Of a stretch of 64,000 nucleotides of DNA, positions 1 through 28,000 are shown one piece after another (within the stretch, counting starts at the first letter, position 1; each line of letters starts with the position of its first letter). The translations under genes were made by a program, and so were the position numbers. The stretch spans positions 23,876 through 87,875 of the forward strand of contig NMRA01000123.1 in NCBI GenBank assembly GCA_002633005.1. The letters run 5' to 3'. This DNA is from Phoronis australis (Eukaryota > Animalia > Phoronida). The notes beneath the pieces are model-generated. The model searched no databases. It saw nothing but the letters and a program-made list of their open reading frames with translations, and had not been told where the DNA came from.

Positions 1-38
1 GGGGGCTATAGCCCCCCTGTGGTGCACCGCCGATAGAT

Positions 39-105
39 CATGAGCGGCGCAGCACCAAAAAAAAGTGGGGCTATAGGTCCCCAGCCCCTATTACGCGCCG
101 CCCAT
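39..105. mobile_element. Very short MITE-like repeat (related copy at 24832-24921)
   Basis: TIR catg(a/g)gcggcgc / gcgccgcccatg; its reverse complement aligns with 24832-24921. Confidence 0.5.
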
Positions 106-1266
106 GCTCAATGAATAACAAACTCTTGTCAGTTCTTCGTAAACTCAGAAATCACTTCACATAAAAGAAAGGAACAAGTCAAGACCAACTTTATAACAGT
201 GAACAATTTAAATAAAAATTTTGCTTCTTGGATGAAACGTAGGTTTATAGTCCCTAAAGATGGCTCCAGTCTGCGAAAGACCCCAGGCAACGATATGACA
301 TGGACGGGCATCCCTTAACTTATTGTTAACCTAAGCCACTAAAGAGGCACCTTGGTAGTCATGCAACCACCTATTTGGCTGCTGTGAAAGCTACAAACTA
401 GGGTCAGCTTGTCTTGCCAGGGACACATTTTTGAGGTTTTTCAAATGAAATTTTACACGATTCTACTGCTGACTAGACTTGGAAATGTTTGCAATGCTAC
501 TTATAACCCAATTGTAGTTTGTTGTTCATTGATCATTTCTAAGACTACATTTACCCCTGCTTGAAACTGGTAATCATAATTTGATCTAATTACTTCTGTA
601 AGCAAACACACAATCCAAAATAAACAGTCCATTTTTAAAGTTGTTCAGAATCTTTTTCATAAAAGACAGAAAATAAAAAAGTAACATGCAAGTAAGTAGA
701 CAAAGCAAATGCTAGTCTAGTTGATACGATTTAGGATTACTTTTTAAAAGAGATTAAAAATGAGCAAATAAGCATAAACTCTCAACACTTAATACAATAA
801 TGAGGGAAGGCGAAAAGTTGACAAAAATCTTAGCTAAATCATGTCCCTTCTGACACGAACCAGAGATTTTATGTAGTCTCTTTTAGGAAGAAGAAATCTA
901 TTATCACGTCAGAGGGATTGTTCAAAACTTGAACGTCTTGACTGTCTTGCAAGTGCAAGAGAAATAACACTGAGATGCGTTGCGCAGATGCAAGGAAGTC
1001 GCGAAAACATAAGAACATTCAAGTCTCCACAAGATAGCGCCATTCACTATAAGAAAAGCACGTGATCACACCAGCTTTTCTTACAAGTGTCTTGAGTCTA
1101 CAGAGCAGACATCACAGTGCCAGTTTGTACACAGCATAAACCCCACCCGAATCTAATTGTTAGAGTGGAGATGACTAGCTCATAGGCACATACAGCAAAA
1201 GATCACAAGTACATTTCCTGTAGATGTTATCCCATGCTTTCAGGGCGTTGAAAAATAGTACAACGC

Positions 1267-1612
1267 AATAGGAACGATGAGTGTGACGTCACTGTACTGA
1301 GGTAGACCAAAAGATTCCGCCATCTTGGGTCTAATTTAAGCCACTTCTCCATGGGAAATTACATTGGGTCAAATTTGTAACTGGAGAATTACCAATTGAT
1401 TTCTGCTTCAGAAAAACTTGGTCATTGTGATAATCTGTACGGTTCATAGACTCTGTCTTATCGACTTCATATCATAAAGTTACCCAAATTAGTTGAATTT
1501 TACCTGACGTATGAACAAATGTATAAATGAAAGTGATAAGGTCACCATCATATTGTTTGTCCCAATTCAGAGTGGTTCTTAGGGGCATGACTTGATCACT
1601 TTCTCTCCCTAT
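1267..1612. mobile_element. MITE-like interspersed repeat (related copy at 25148-25451)
   Basis: Both copies begin aatagg..gtgtgacgtc.ctgt.ct..ggtag...cgccatcttg and end with an inverted ...c(c/g)tatt. Confidence 0.55.
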
Positions 1613-1742
1613 TATATAGTTAATCCATAAGAAGACTGTTCATTCTAAATATACCTAAAAATTCCCAAAAAGACTCCGATCAGGATAATAAATAATTCAT
1701 TAGCTGAAGACTAGTAATAAAATGTTAAAGATATAATGATGA

Positions 1743-15860
<14,118 letters not shown>

Positions 15861-15894
15861 TGCACACAGCTGAATGTGAAGGTGTGTTTACATT

Positions 15895-15930
15895 CACCCA
15901 ATCACAAACGAATGTCGTGACGTCAGCATG
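15895..15930 (-). promoter_or_regulatory. Candidate HDHD5 proximal promoter elements (CCAAT box and palindromic CRE)
   Basis: CCAAT at 15898-15902 and TGACGTCA at 15918-15925, 40-65 bp upstream of the ATG in a CpG-richer stretch; the TSS is unknown. Confidence 0.35.
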
Positions 15931-16261
15931 ACCCAGTTTTATTTCGTGTCTCGACATCTTATGCAAGACCTATTGTGACAAGTCGCAGGCGTTTACATGG
16001 TTGGCGGTTTTTCGTGAAAACCCTCGCTTGGCCCATTTTCCGATAAATAATCCCTGGGAGCCACAGGTCTCACTATCACCATTTGTTTGTGTAGGTGACG
16101 AAATGTAAAGCAGCAGGACTTTTTGTAACGTCAGAACGCAATTTCTAAACAGTGGGATTTCTAGAAATTTTAGAATTTAAGAAGTGGACCTCAACAGTAC
16201 GAAAATGTAGCCTAAATGAAATTTGCATGCACTCTGACACAACTGTTTCATACGTACTATA

Positions 16262-17723
16262 CAGTGGTGGATCTACGGGGGGTTTCAGGGGGTTTAAACT
16301 CGCCCACTTTCGGGGAATGACCAAAAAATAAAAACGAAATGTCGCCAAAAAACGGCACCGCCCGTGTGTAAACCCCAAGTGATCCACCTATATAAAATTG
16401 AGAGGGATTCACCATTGTGATTTGCTGTATTCACGAAAGGCAGCGAATTCCGAGTTTTCGTGGCTCATGATCGGCAAGTGTGCGCGCGCTTCCGTCGACA
16501 CTTCTCTGAAGTAGCCAGGCACTATAGATGGATCCACCGCGGAACAAGCAGTTCTGTAGCTGATAACTGGCGTCTTTACTTAAAATATGTTTTGATTTGA
16601 TTGGGAAAAATACTGTGGTACCGCAAGTCCGCAACCCTGGTATTCAGGAGAATCGAAGTTCAACATTTTACCTCAGCCTTGTAACTTGATGCTATTACAC
16701 TCCACACGTTTATAACTTGAATTTGGCTGGTGTATAATAAAGTTGTCTTGCACAATAATCACACAGTGTACATGTAATGTGTTTATTTTAAAACATCATC
16801 AACTTGTTTTCCCGAAGAAATGCTGTTGTAGCGGGCTCTGTGGTCTGGTCGCAAGTCAGTTTCAAGATACACCCTTGCAAGTTAGGCCTATACACGGAAT
16901 GAACCCGGGGGGGCACTCACATTAGTGACAAGGTGATCCAGCATTCACGAACGGTGTACAGTACCAGAAATTGCAGATAGGCTCTACTTTCTCAGCAAAG
17001 TCTCATGTGGGACTCGCGCAGTGTTCAATATGTCTCCCAAGGAGCCCTGGGTCCCCGGCGGCGACCTCAGCAATGACCGTCTTCCTACCCTCAATGACTG
17101 CCGTCTTTTATAATGGGAATTTCCGCAGAAAGGCCCACCCGATGAAAAGGCCAGGCCTATGGACGTTTATTTGCTGCAACAACTTCAGGTTTCAAGTGTT
17201 CATTGGGACGTTTATTCCGATAATTGCAAGAGATGCAAATTGGTCGTGGGATACATCGTTTTTGCCAAAAGACGCAAGCTGGTTTGAAGCAGTCCTTGAT
17301 GAACAGGTCAAATATAGTTGCGCTTGTAACTCTTTTTGACGCGGCATTAGGAACAAGATGTCTGGGTTGAATGGTTCAACCAAGACGAGCAAACTATTGG
17401 ATCCAATACACAAATTCCTTGGCAGCCCAGACAACAGAAGCATAGGGCTAACGTTCCTGCAGAAACACCAAGGTAATAAATTATAATTCTACTCAGTTTT
17501 TCATAATGTCGGTTTCATACTTTTTTCTTTAATGCCTGTGTACAATGAAAACAAAATAGATTTTCGGACATTCCAAATTCACCTCAGTAGTAAAGCATAC
17601 AGTTCACTGATTCTAGTTTGTATCATTTGTCTTGCACGGGAATTCCCCCCTACCGACCTACCCCGCTCGGCTCTACAGGCGCGAATCCTAAACCCCCTTA
17701 TTGAAAACGTAGATCCGCCACTG
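16262..17723. mobile_element. TIR-bounded non-autonomous element, ~1.46 kb, upstream of HDHD5
   Basis: TIRs cagtgg(t)ggatctacg / cgtagatcc(g)ccactg; flanks actata / actatg. Confidence 0.6.
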
Positions 17724-20100
17724 ACTATGTTATCGCCAACTGGACCAGAACTATTCCGCTACGCAGCGTACGATGCTGATAATTTCCAAGGCAATGATTT
17801 ACGTACGTATGCGCACCCTTATTATCCACAGACCGCACGTACATTCCACCATAGCACTTTAAAGCTCTATGATGACACGCATAGAATGAGAAAGATACAA
17901 AATATTGTTAAGCTGTGCTCAGTTTATCTATCTGACCAGGGTAATTGGTTTATGCTTCGGGCTTTGTTTCTTGAAGTTAGCAAAGAAATACACCCACGTC
18001 TTTGTGCGCGTGTCTTAATTGCACTACATTTTTTTAAAATGCGAAACTTTTGGGTTTGCATCCATCAGTAAGTAACGAAATGGCTCAAAAGGCGCACTGC
18101 CGAGTTGAGTTCAGATTTGCCGGCCCACAGACAAAGTCAAAAGGCGCACAATGACTATGAACTCTGTAACTGAGTTTGTGTATTCTGCTGATAGGCATCA
18201 CTTCGGCAGCCAACCTTCGAGTCCGCCTGTGCTATGGTCCAGTTGCAGGTTCCGATGTTGAGTTCTGAATCATGAATTTTTGCTAGGCGTTTCATATTTA
18301 CTCAATAAACCTGGAACTGGGACCTAGAACTTGGGATCACCAACACGGTTAAAGCAACTTACTTTTTGGAGCTCAGAATCGCGGCAACCTATCACTATCT
18401 CAGTTTCCATTACCTTAAAATCATCGTCCCAGACAAGACACGATGTCATTGGTCAATCTTATGCTTGTCCCTGTTCCTTAGTCTCGTTGAGGTTTATGGC
18501 TAGGTGTCAACTCAGTTTGCACTAACACAAAACAAAAGAAATCAAGAAATCCTAGGGCATGCACTCCAAATGCAATACTCGTCGTTTCGGCAAACTGTGA
18601 AACAACACTTCTACAAATGTTTTACTTTCTCAGTACCAAACAACGAAACATCCTCTAGTGCACTACTAATAGATACTTTGATTAATGATTAATTGTGCAT
18701 TATGAAGGTATTGGACAAACTAATCACAAAATGCATACACGTTTAAGAAATCACGCATAGAACCAATATAATAACATTACCAGTAACACTTATGGTGTAA
18801 GATCTCGTGTCTGTTTGGTTTCACGCTCCCCACTACTCGTTGCTGAAAAATAACTGAAGTCTCACTTGAATAAAAGTTCAAAGTCTCAAGCCTATAGAAA
18901 TCATGTTTAATCTGAATACGAAGAGCAAGCTGGTGTTGATTTTATAACCGCCTTTGTAAGTGGCGTCTTGTTTTCTGACAGTGGGCGTGGCATTGTTTTC
19001 GGAAAGAAAATTAAGACAGGAATTAGCAATGGCGTGGATTGGAACCCGTAAGATCAGCGAACGCTTTGCTGTTGAACTACTTTTAGAGTATTTAAATGCC
19101 GGCAAAGACACCGGCTTTGATTTCAGGGAATTTCTGACGGGGGCGAAAATTGGAGATTGGCGTAATAAAATCACAAAACGCGACAGCTTTTGTTGTTTTA
19201 CAGCTCAGGTCAAAGCTCATGACGTCAAAGAGTCCCTTTCAACAATAATCTCAACAATAAACTGTGCTCTTCGGCCGCAAAAACGATAATTCCCCTTTAA
19301 TAGCATTAGTCTAGTCACATCATTACGCTTTTATCAGTTCAAATATTAACTCGAAAACAACAACAACAAAAATAAACATCTCCGTGAATATTTGAAAGAG
19401 GACTGCGCTGGATTAAAAATATAAAACAATCACGTTGCCTCAATTTGGCTTCCTGATCTAGACCAACTGTTTGTTGCGTCGATATTGTCGCTGTCTTGTA
19501 TACCTTGTGTTGTCATTTTAGTCGTTTTTCTATGTGAAAAAGTCCCTTAAAGTAAGTAGTACAGAAATAATGCGTGTTTTTGTTGCTCTGTCATTTATTA
19601 AGCCTGAGAAGTCGCTGTTTGTCGACGAGTTCTGCCATGGACTGGTCGACTACAATATGCCAATAGAGGTCGTACCAGGTCTCTTGCCCCATCATCTGAT
19701 GAAGCCAAGCCATTTCCAACCGTCTTCACATTTTTGGAGAGTATTGTTTATAGTTTTATGCTGAACAAATTTCAACAGCAGCTTTAGCTTGGTACACAAA
19801 GGTAATATTTTTATACTGGTGCAATGTCACGAAACAATTTTGCCAAACATTCGGAAACAGGGCCGTTCAGTGGTATCTTGTAGTTGGACAATGCTTCTCT
19901 ACATCAACCGGGAAAACTGGTGTCGCCGTCCGCCACTGATATCGCGAAAGTTGATCTAAGCTCTTATTGTGTTGTACAGGGTAATTATTGCATTAGGGAT
20001 GTCTTCCCGGCAATAAAATTCTGTCGAAAATAAACTGAAATGCCAAGGACAAAAATAGCCTTTATCAGATAAAGTTTTCTGCGGCGTTTTAAACACACCC

Positions 20101-20450
20101 TTAGGAGGTAAATTTGATTCCTAAATAGTTATACTCTGAAGTAGATGGTAAAATTTTCCCGAATAATTTCCACTTTTCATAATTTCTTAAATATCCCCCT
20201 TTACGGAAGACAATAATTTTTGTTTTTGACATATTCACATGAAGCTTCCATTTATTACCATATTCTTCAAGTTCGGTAATTAATCTTTGCATAGCGTTTT
20301 TCTGCAACGAGAACCAGGTCATCGACAAACAACATCAAATACAAATTTACAAGACCAATATTTACACACGAGATTTCTTAATTTTGTAAATTTCTCACCA
20401 TATTATTTACAAACGAGGAGAACACCCTTGTCTTACATCCATCGCACACT
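20101..20450 (-). pseudogene. Decayed non-LTR retrotransposon (LINE) reverse transcriptase fragment
   Basis: Across frameshifts: VRQGC, LMLFVDDLVLVAE (YADD-like), LEEYGNKWKLHVNMSKTKIIVF, YNYLGIKF. Confidence 0.85.
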
Positions 20451-20916
20451 GGATGATTAACTAAAGAAAGACTGATATCAGCCCTCTGAAAAATGGTATC
20501 GTCTGGAATAGGACTAACCGGAAGTTAGCTGTCATGACTCGTTTCCAAACGCAACGCAATATTTTTTATAATAAACAGAATATAGCATAGAATTTTTCGG
20601 TGCCTGTTGGTGGTACTGACAGCAGAATAGCCGCCACAGCTGAACGACACCGAACTTATTAACTTTGAAAATTTGATAAAAAGAATGCAAATACAAAATT
20701 AATGTTGGATTGTAATTCATGAAAAATTCTTATCTTAGCGACATCTCCTTAGTTATGAAGCATATTCTTAATTCAAAACTGGGTAAAAACGACAATGTTT
20801 TTAAAGATATTACACCGTTTATATAATATAGAACACAAATTAAGCTCTAGAGATTTTACTGTTATAAAATACTTACATCACGTCGGTTGTATTCGATTTT
20901 TCCTAAAGTTCTCTTA

Positions 20917-21558
20917 TGCTCGTGCGTGTTTGCTTACTGCTACCAATATCAAATTACCCCGCGAACAAAACGGCTCACGAAATATGAACACTGCTCTCGG
21001 AGTGTCTCAGTTCACTCAGGGCTTTCAAACTAGCACTCGCACTCGCAAAACACGACTCGCATCCAAAAAGCACGGTTCCGAGACTCGCATCCACTAACAA
21101 AGTTATGAATGCATAAGAATAATGTATGCACCCAGCCTAAAAATGGCGTGCTCGAATTTTTGAGAGTGTGGACCTTTTATTAAGATTCACGGGTACGTTC
21201 AGAGCTATGAATTGTGCATTCGCCGAATTTTGGTAGTTCTTGCCTATTTAGTCGACTTTTGTATCGTTTTCTACTTTTTTCGGAGTTTTTGTTTCTCTGA
21301 GGCGGACCTTTTTGCCCACGTCGCCAAATGGGGACCTGAGCCGATTGTTTGCTATCCCGTGTGCAGCGCTTGTCGTGAGTTCGCGAGCCATGCTTTTTGG
21401 GCAAGTGATCCCCCGTGTTTTGAATGCGAGCACGGGTGTTAGTGAATCAGTGATCTGAGTTTGTAGGTCCGCGAGCCGCGTTCGGTTGTGAGACGCTATG
21501 TCCAGGAGTGCGTTAGCCACAGTCTGTAGTATTAGTATTAGTATTAGTATTTCGAGCA
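20917..21558. mobile_element. Degenerate inverted-repeat element just upstream of the NtA-VWC gene
   Basis: ctcgcaaaacacg..ccaaaaagcacgg pairs with ccatgctttttgg..cgtgttttgaatgcgag; ends tgctcg / cgagca. Confidence 0.5.
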
Positions 21559-21788
21559 ATCATACTTCATTTTAGATTTAGAACCATGCAAGGCAAATTC
21601 ATGATTTTTTTCGTGCACTGAGTTTCTACAGACCTCCATTATCCACTATGAAGCACGGGCTGCCGACGGGAAGGACTGGGCATGTGGTGAAAAGGACCCG
21701 TAAATGGAATGGGAGGAACAACGCTGTGTTGGGAAGAACGAACCTTCGTTTCTTTTTGCCCTTTCGTGTCACGTTAACTGCTCTTTAT

Positions 21789-22050
21789 ATNTTCTCCACC
21801 GTCTTACTTTTAACTGTGATTACGGCTGGCTGCGTTCAGCTAACGTTGTCATGTTCACAAATGCCGAATACAGACATTCTCAACTTCGTCGATGCATCCG
21901 ATGTGGTTTTTTACGGTAAAGTTCTACGCCGACTTGACAACCAAGCTTACAGGGACAGGGGAATGGTACGAGCGTACGACGTAGAAATGGAAGTCTACTG
22001 CACGTTTAAAGGCGACAGGCTTCCCCGATTGACGAATGTGTCTGAGGCCG
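21789..22050 (+). CDS. NtA-VWC gene exon 1 (signal peptide and first half of NtA-like domain)
   Basis: Hydrophobic FSTVLLLTVITAGCVQLTLS, then C..SDVVFYGKV...FKG; donor G|GTAAGT at 22051; start uncertain because of the N at 21791. Confidence 0.75.
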
Positions 22051-25000
22051 GTAAGTAACCTAGGTGTAACGTAGTATGTTAAGTTTTCATAGAAAAAAAC
22101 AAGTGTAAATATTCTGAACGAAGCGCACCGGTGTAAGCGAAAGGTAAAATAAGATAAAGTGAAGCAGGAAAGTGGACATTTTACCAGACACCGCTGAGAA
22201 AGAGCTCTTCGCTCGAAACTTTGTTTTTATGAAAAATTATTGTTCGAATACGTGAACGTTAACAAAAATTGGAATTGGGGCGACAGGAGTGCGGGGGAAT
22301 AGTGGTGACGGGGGGCAGATACATGAACTTTAAAAACATGCTGTGGTGAATCGCGAAATCGACAATTTTACGTGAGTGAACAGTGAAGCGACGCCACTCC
22401 CCCTGCACCCTCCTAGTCAATGGTTGAATGTACGAGAGGACTTTGTAATTTCCCGTGTGAACTCGTTTAATTACCACCAGAGATACAATTTTGAACTCAC
22501 TAATACAACTTTTTAGCATATGCTGGTAGGAGTCCAGGGTACATCGTGAGAAACTCACAACTTATGCAAATTCGACGTTTTTTAACCTGTGCCTTTATGG
22601 TTTCTGTTTGAGAATGGCTTCAATTTCACACTGTTGTTATTTTTTTATATATTTTAATCGGAATGTTGGATTCTGAAATAGAATTCATTGTTTCCGTCAC
22701 GTAAATGAGGATTTGTCGCTGCTAGTGCCTCGCAAGTGTCTTGCGTTCACGGAATGCGCCCCAGAGATCTGCCGAGCGTTCACATGTGAAAATTTGCAGA
22801 CTCGAATCAGACGTACATGTACGACCTGGTTTCAAATCGGGCGGCATGTGAACGGTCATTAGACACTTTGGGCTGCCAGCTGTTTTTACGTGGGTTTCAA
22901 CCCATTTAAAATTGTAAACCCAGCAAAAGTCTGACAAAGACCCTACCCAACCAAATGCGACGATTCTGCTACCAGTGTCGCCAATCGTATTGATACATAT
23001 TGATCTGTCTAACATATACATCTGCTTCTCGTTCATTTACTTTATTGAAGTGCAAAGGGAAAGTCTTAAGTTGACTAACAATAAACAACGTAATTGATGG
23101 AGTTTACAGGTGTCTTCCCCAACGTACGACATGCGTCGCTGGAAACGCCAAGTCCAATTAATCATCGTTTAAATTGTTGTTTTCGTCGACATCATAATAT
23201 AGGATATAGTCAAGAAACCACACGAGGCCCTGTTCTACAGTTAAGTATTTGGTAACGCACGCCAGAAAAGTCGTCTGAATGCCGCCGTGAATTCCGCGGC
23301 CAATCGAGGAAGTTCTTTTGTGCGTGCGTGCCGGAAGTCATAAAACATTTGATATCTCAATATGTCTCTGAAAAAGGTGATTAGTAGTGATTAGCATCAA
23401 AATGTATTATCAAATTAGTGGCATGTTTTATGTGTCTACACCAGTGGAGGATTTAGAGGGGGCCAAGGGGGCCATGGCCCCCCTAAAATATTCCCAGATT
23501 CCATTTGGCAGTTCGGGGGTGCGAATGTCTGACAGGCAAAATCCTGGCTAATACTCTGTCCTGGGCCCGGTCTCCAATCTTTTTACTCGAAACGGAACTC
23601 GAAATTAGGTTTGGCATTTTCTACTCTACTTTTGGGCGAACTCAAGATAAGTGTCTATTATTCTATGCTCGAGTACACAATAACTTACGTAGATAATTTA
23701 TTGCCCTTAGTTCACAGTTTGTAAACCTAATATTAAAGCAATAAGTTCGAGTTTGAACTCGAAATTTCTAGTTTTTACTCAAGTTTGTAGCACGAATATA
23801 AGGGTCTTCAAGGGCAAACTTGAACTAGAAACTCCTATGCATAAACTACATGTATAATGTATTCGAGCACAGTCTGGTAACCAATTATCTTAAGTTAGCA
23901 CAAAAGGAGTAGAGAAATTGCCAAAAATAGTTTCGAGTTTGTTTCGAATACAAAGATTAGAGACCGGGCCCTGGCTACTCAAAATCTTGGATCCGCCCCT
24001 GCACACGGTGTGAGTAAGATATCCATCTTTTTCGGTAGTGCGTTTGGTATTGGCTGATCTTTTATTTACAAAATATATATTAAAACATGGTTTTATTTCA
24101 CATGTGGACGCGGTCGAAATTTTACCTTAAAACGAAGGAAAATGTGATGTATTTGACAGTAAAGTACATAATTACCATGCGTCAAAACTGACTTTGGCGT
24201 AAATCCGATAATTTACGGTATTGAACTGTAGGTCTACTTCGGGTTTGTTGCTGGCAAAAACATCTATGTCAAGTTCTTAATTACGGAGATATATTTTTAT
24301 TTACCCAGTAGATAAAACTTTGCCAATCTCAGCGGAAAACAACCACTTCGTCCGTTGAATAACACCATAGCTGCAAGTTTTCAGTGTTGTCGCTTGACAG
24401 CCGCGCTAATTGCTGTTTTCTAGTGAATGCATGTTTTGTGCAATAACTCGCTGACTTAAATCTTATTGTCAACATTTTGGCATGAACCAGATGTTCATAG
24501 ACGGTCAAACAATACAAACGAAATTTCCGATTCCTACATCAAAAGTTGAAATTCAAACTATAATGCCGTTTGATTGTTTTGTGCCGTAACCGTTTTTAGT
24601 ACGGTGTATAATTTAGCTAACAGCTCCAGTGAAATTTGTTGGATCTCACAGGGCGAGACGGCGTCAGTCGGCGTCAGTGTTGGTCTTGGAAGGAAGAGAT
24701 AATAATAGTCACATTCAAAGGAACATGACTTAAGCAACAAGGAAAGAATTCTCAGTTGTACCAACTTCTTTCCCGTCCTTAAAAGGTGAAAGTCATCGTT
24801 GGTGCTGAAAGTACAAATCCTCCGTTGTCTTCACGGACGGCGCACGTATCATAGGGTGCTGCGGGTTGGGGGAGGCTATAGGGCGGCCCCCACTTATTTC
24901 AATGCTGCGCCGCCCATGATCTTAGAAACGTATGCAAGCTTTATTGTTGTCCAACTGAGCCTTAATGCAAACAACCAGTGTATGACGTATTCGGCCCAAC

Positions 25001-28000
25001 AATGAAGTTCCCCGTCTCTTGTTTCTGCTTTCGCTTTAATTGAGCAAGCACAGGGTCGATTCACCGCTCACACCCACCTCTCGAAAAGCGTCTCTACATC
25101 TGCTGCGCGTCGCTTTACCCCGCACTCGAACACGTACTACACCCTAAATAGGGAAGAAAGGTGTGACGTCCCTGTGCTTGCGGTAGTCTAGATTTCGCCA
25201 TCTTGATTCTAAATTTGACACTTCTGTATGGGAACGTACATTTGTCTAAATGTTGTGACTGGATCATCAGGTAAACTGTTTTACAAAACACGTGACTAAA
25301 ATGCTAATCCATATGGTTCGCTGCTACTGGAGCATCGAATTGCTTTTACTGAATTTTGCCGGTTTAAAAAATGTGTGAATGAAAATGATGGCCTCTACCA
25401 TTTTGTTTTGCTCGAATTTATGGGTGACGTAAGATCCTTCCGTCCGTATTGGTTTGACACTCAAGAAATTTTCAATGTTGCATAGTGGCTCGCAGTGCTG
25501 GCTTAAAAAAGTAGAAAAGATGAGAGGGTCGGGTTCAAACGCTCGTCACTCCGACTCGGGCCAGAACATAGGTTAGCGACTCTACATTTCGAAAACAAGG
25601 TCAACCAAACAGTGTGTTTTATATACCTCCGTATATGATGTGCGTAGAATTCGAGGTGTTTGGTTTGCTGAGTGAGTATCAGTGAAAGCGGAAACCAAGT
25701 GCGGGGAACTGTGTTGGGCCTCAGATAGATATCTGAGGTTGGGCCGATTACGTCACTTCACTTTCGTGGCATGAGGGCAAGGGGAATTTTATTTAGCATA
25801 AAATTTAACGTGTCTAACATATCTGGGGTTCATTTATTATTATATTTTTGATAACAGCAAACCTCAAAAGGTTGATTTCTTCCGTCTTGGAACAACTGAG
25901 ATGCCAAGAACTGAACAAGGCAAAACAATATGTGCGTTTACCTCCTTATCGTTGTTTGTTAGCCTCTATACTTAAACGAGATGAGACGTCTGCTCTAGTT
26001 TACTGCTCAAGGATGGCTTTGCTATTTAGACTGAACGCAGTTTGATTGCTGCGGCAATTAACACGTTGCACTGAGTGCTATTCTTGGTGGTCTGCAGGCG
26101 TGGAGGCATCGTGATTCCGGTGGAAATACATTTAATTCTGGTGGACAAGAGATTCTTTTACCATAATCATTTAGAAGAGGTTCAAGGGTGCGTGGGTGGN
26201 NNNNNNNNNNNNNNNNNNNNNNNNNNNNNNNNNNNNNNNNNNNNNNNNNNNNNNNNNNNNNNNNNNNNNNNNNNNNNNNNNNNNNNNNNNNNNNNNNNNN
26301 NNNNNNNNNNNNNNNNNNAATTTTATTGCGTTTATAGAATTCTTTTGCTCACTGATGTTCAATTTTTGCATCGCTAAGTTTGTCGTCAATGTCACTGAAC
26401 TCCACGTTTATTTATAACTATAACTGAGCCTTTGTTTCATTAAAAATGAAAACTGGAGAAATGTCCAAATTTGGCCAATTACAGGACACAGGTGTCAGAA
26501 ATGGCTGATCGAATTCAAACGAAACTGTTTTGGTTAAAAAAATCCGCATTTGTTTTGGGGGACTGTAAGAAAATAGGACTTTATGATTTTCAGGAAAAAA
26601 AACTCACTCAGAAGTTGACTAATACGAAATGATAGTTTAATAACTGTAACAGTAGTTTTGAGATTTCATCGCGAAAATTAAAATTAAACGCCGAGAATTT
26701 AGGGAACGCAGCTGAGTCCCTATTGGGACTGTTTCATGCATCCGGACATTAGTTGCCAATAATTCTCCAGTTGGCAACCACCTCTCCACCGACATTCCTT
26801 ACTGCAAATAGTAAAGTACTGTATCATGCTAGTTGTGTAAACAAATGACTAATACACGATTTTTTCAACGCCCGGCCATCCCAATTTCGTTACAGATTTA
26901 CAAAACGTTCTGCTCGGCTTTGTTTATTTTTTTCACGAAACTAAAGCATTGGAAACATCCCTCTTATATACATGTAGAGGGATACAATCGGTGATGCCCA
27001 GAAGAGGATTGGTTGCGTGGGTAGATAATTCGCGTCGGCAACTGGCTAGAAGAGAATTCAGGGCGGCCAAGGAGAATGTTGGAGAGGACTCTAGGAAGAG
27101 TTAGATCCTTCATTTTAACTGCGACCAGTTCACCTCAAATTTCCAAAATAGGAAGTGGGAAAAGTAAATTAACTTTCCTTTTACGAATCACTTTTGTTGC
27201 ATCCTTGTCCGCATCAAGCAAAGAACGTGGGGCGTTAACTACTGTTCGACAGTTGGAAATCGCTTGTATAGAAACATAATAACTAGCAATTAATGGCGTT
27301 AATTATCGTTCATCTGCACTAAGACACTAATGTGGTTAACAACCCTAGTTTACAATAACATTTCCACGGAGGTCTCGTGATATAACAGCGGTCAGTGTTG
27401 GTCCACGTGACCACGTGACTGCTGCTGGTTACTAAATATTTGTAAACTAGGTGGACAAACGTAAATATCGCCATCAATTTATTGCATGACGGATGGCAAG
27501 GAACAAAAGTCCACGCTAAGAGCGTCGTGTGGAGTACTGAGCGGCGTGCATGTGACGTACGTGTGTAGCAAAACCTGTATGTCAAAGCGGAATGTCACCT
27601 CTTGGAAGCGTTTTTTTGATGTAACTTTGGCATTTGTAAACCTCATTAAATCAAGTTTATATTTGACGATTGTGACGTCGTACGCATATTCAATTAGCAT
27701 AATACGTCGACAGACTGGTTAGGAAATCCAATCATGTTTGAATTAAGTTTATTTTACGTAATATGAATTCGACGGAGGTAAATGCCCTTGGTAACAAGAC
27801 GCTTTACGCTGATTGTTACATACATGTACATGTAGGCCTACACTCTAATAAGGCCTACACTCTAATACACGTTCCATCTGATGATCCCTCGATTCAAGTT
27901 GAAATTACGAAATTTTATTACCGTATACACGTATATGTGTGAGTCATAGAGTCCATACTTTTATAGTCACGTTCAGGCAGTCATAAGATGTAACCAAGCT

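Noticed and set aside
17532-18071. 179-aa plus-strand ORF
   Set aside because: Crosses a TIR boundary, has no recognisable motif and no supporting splice pattern.
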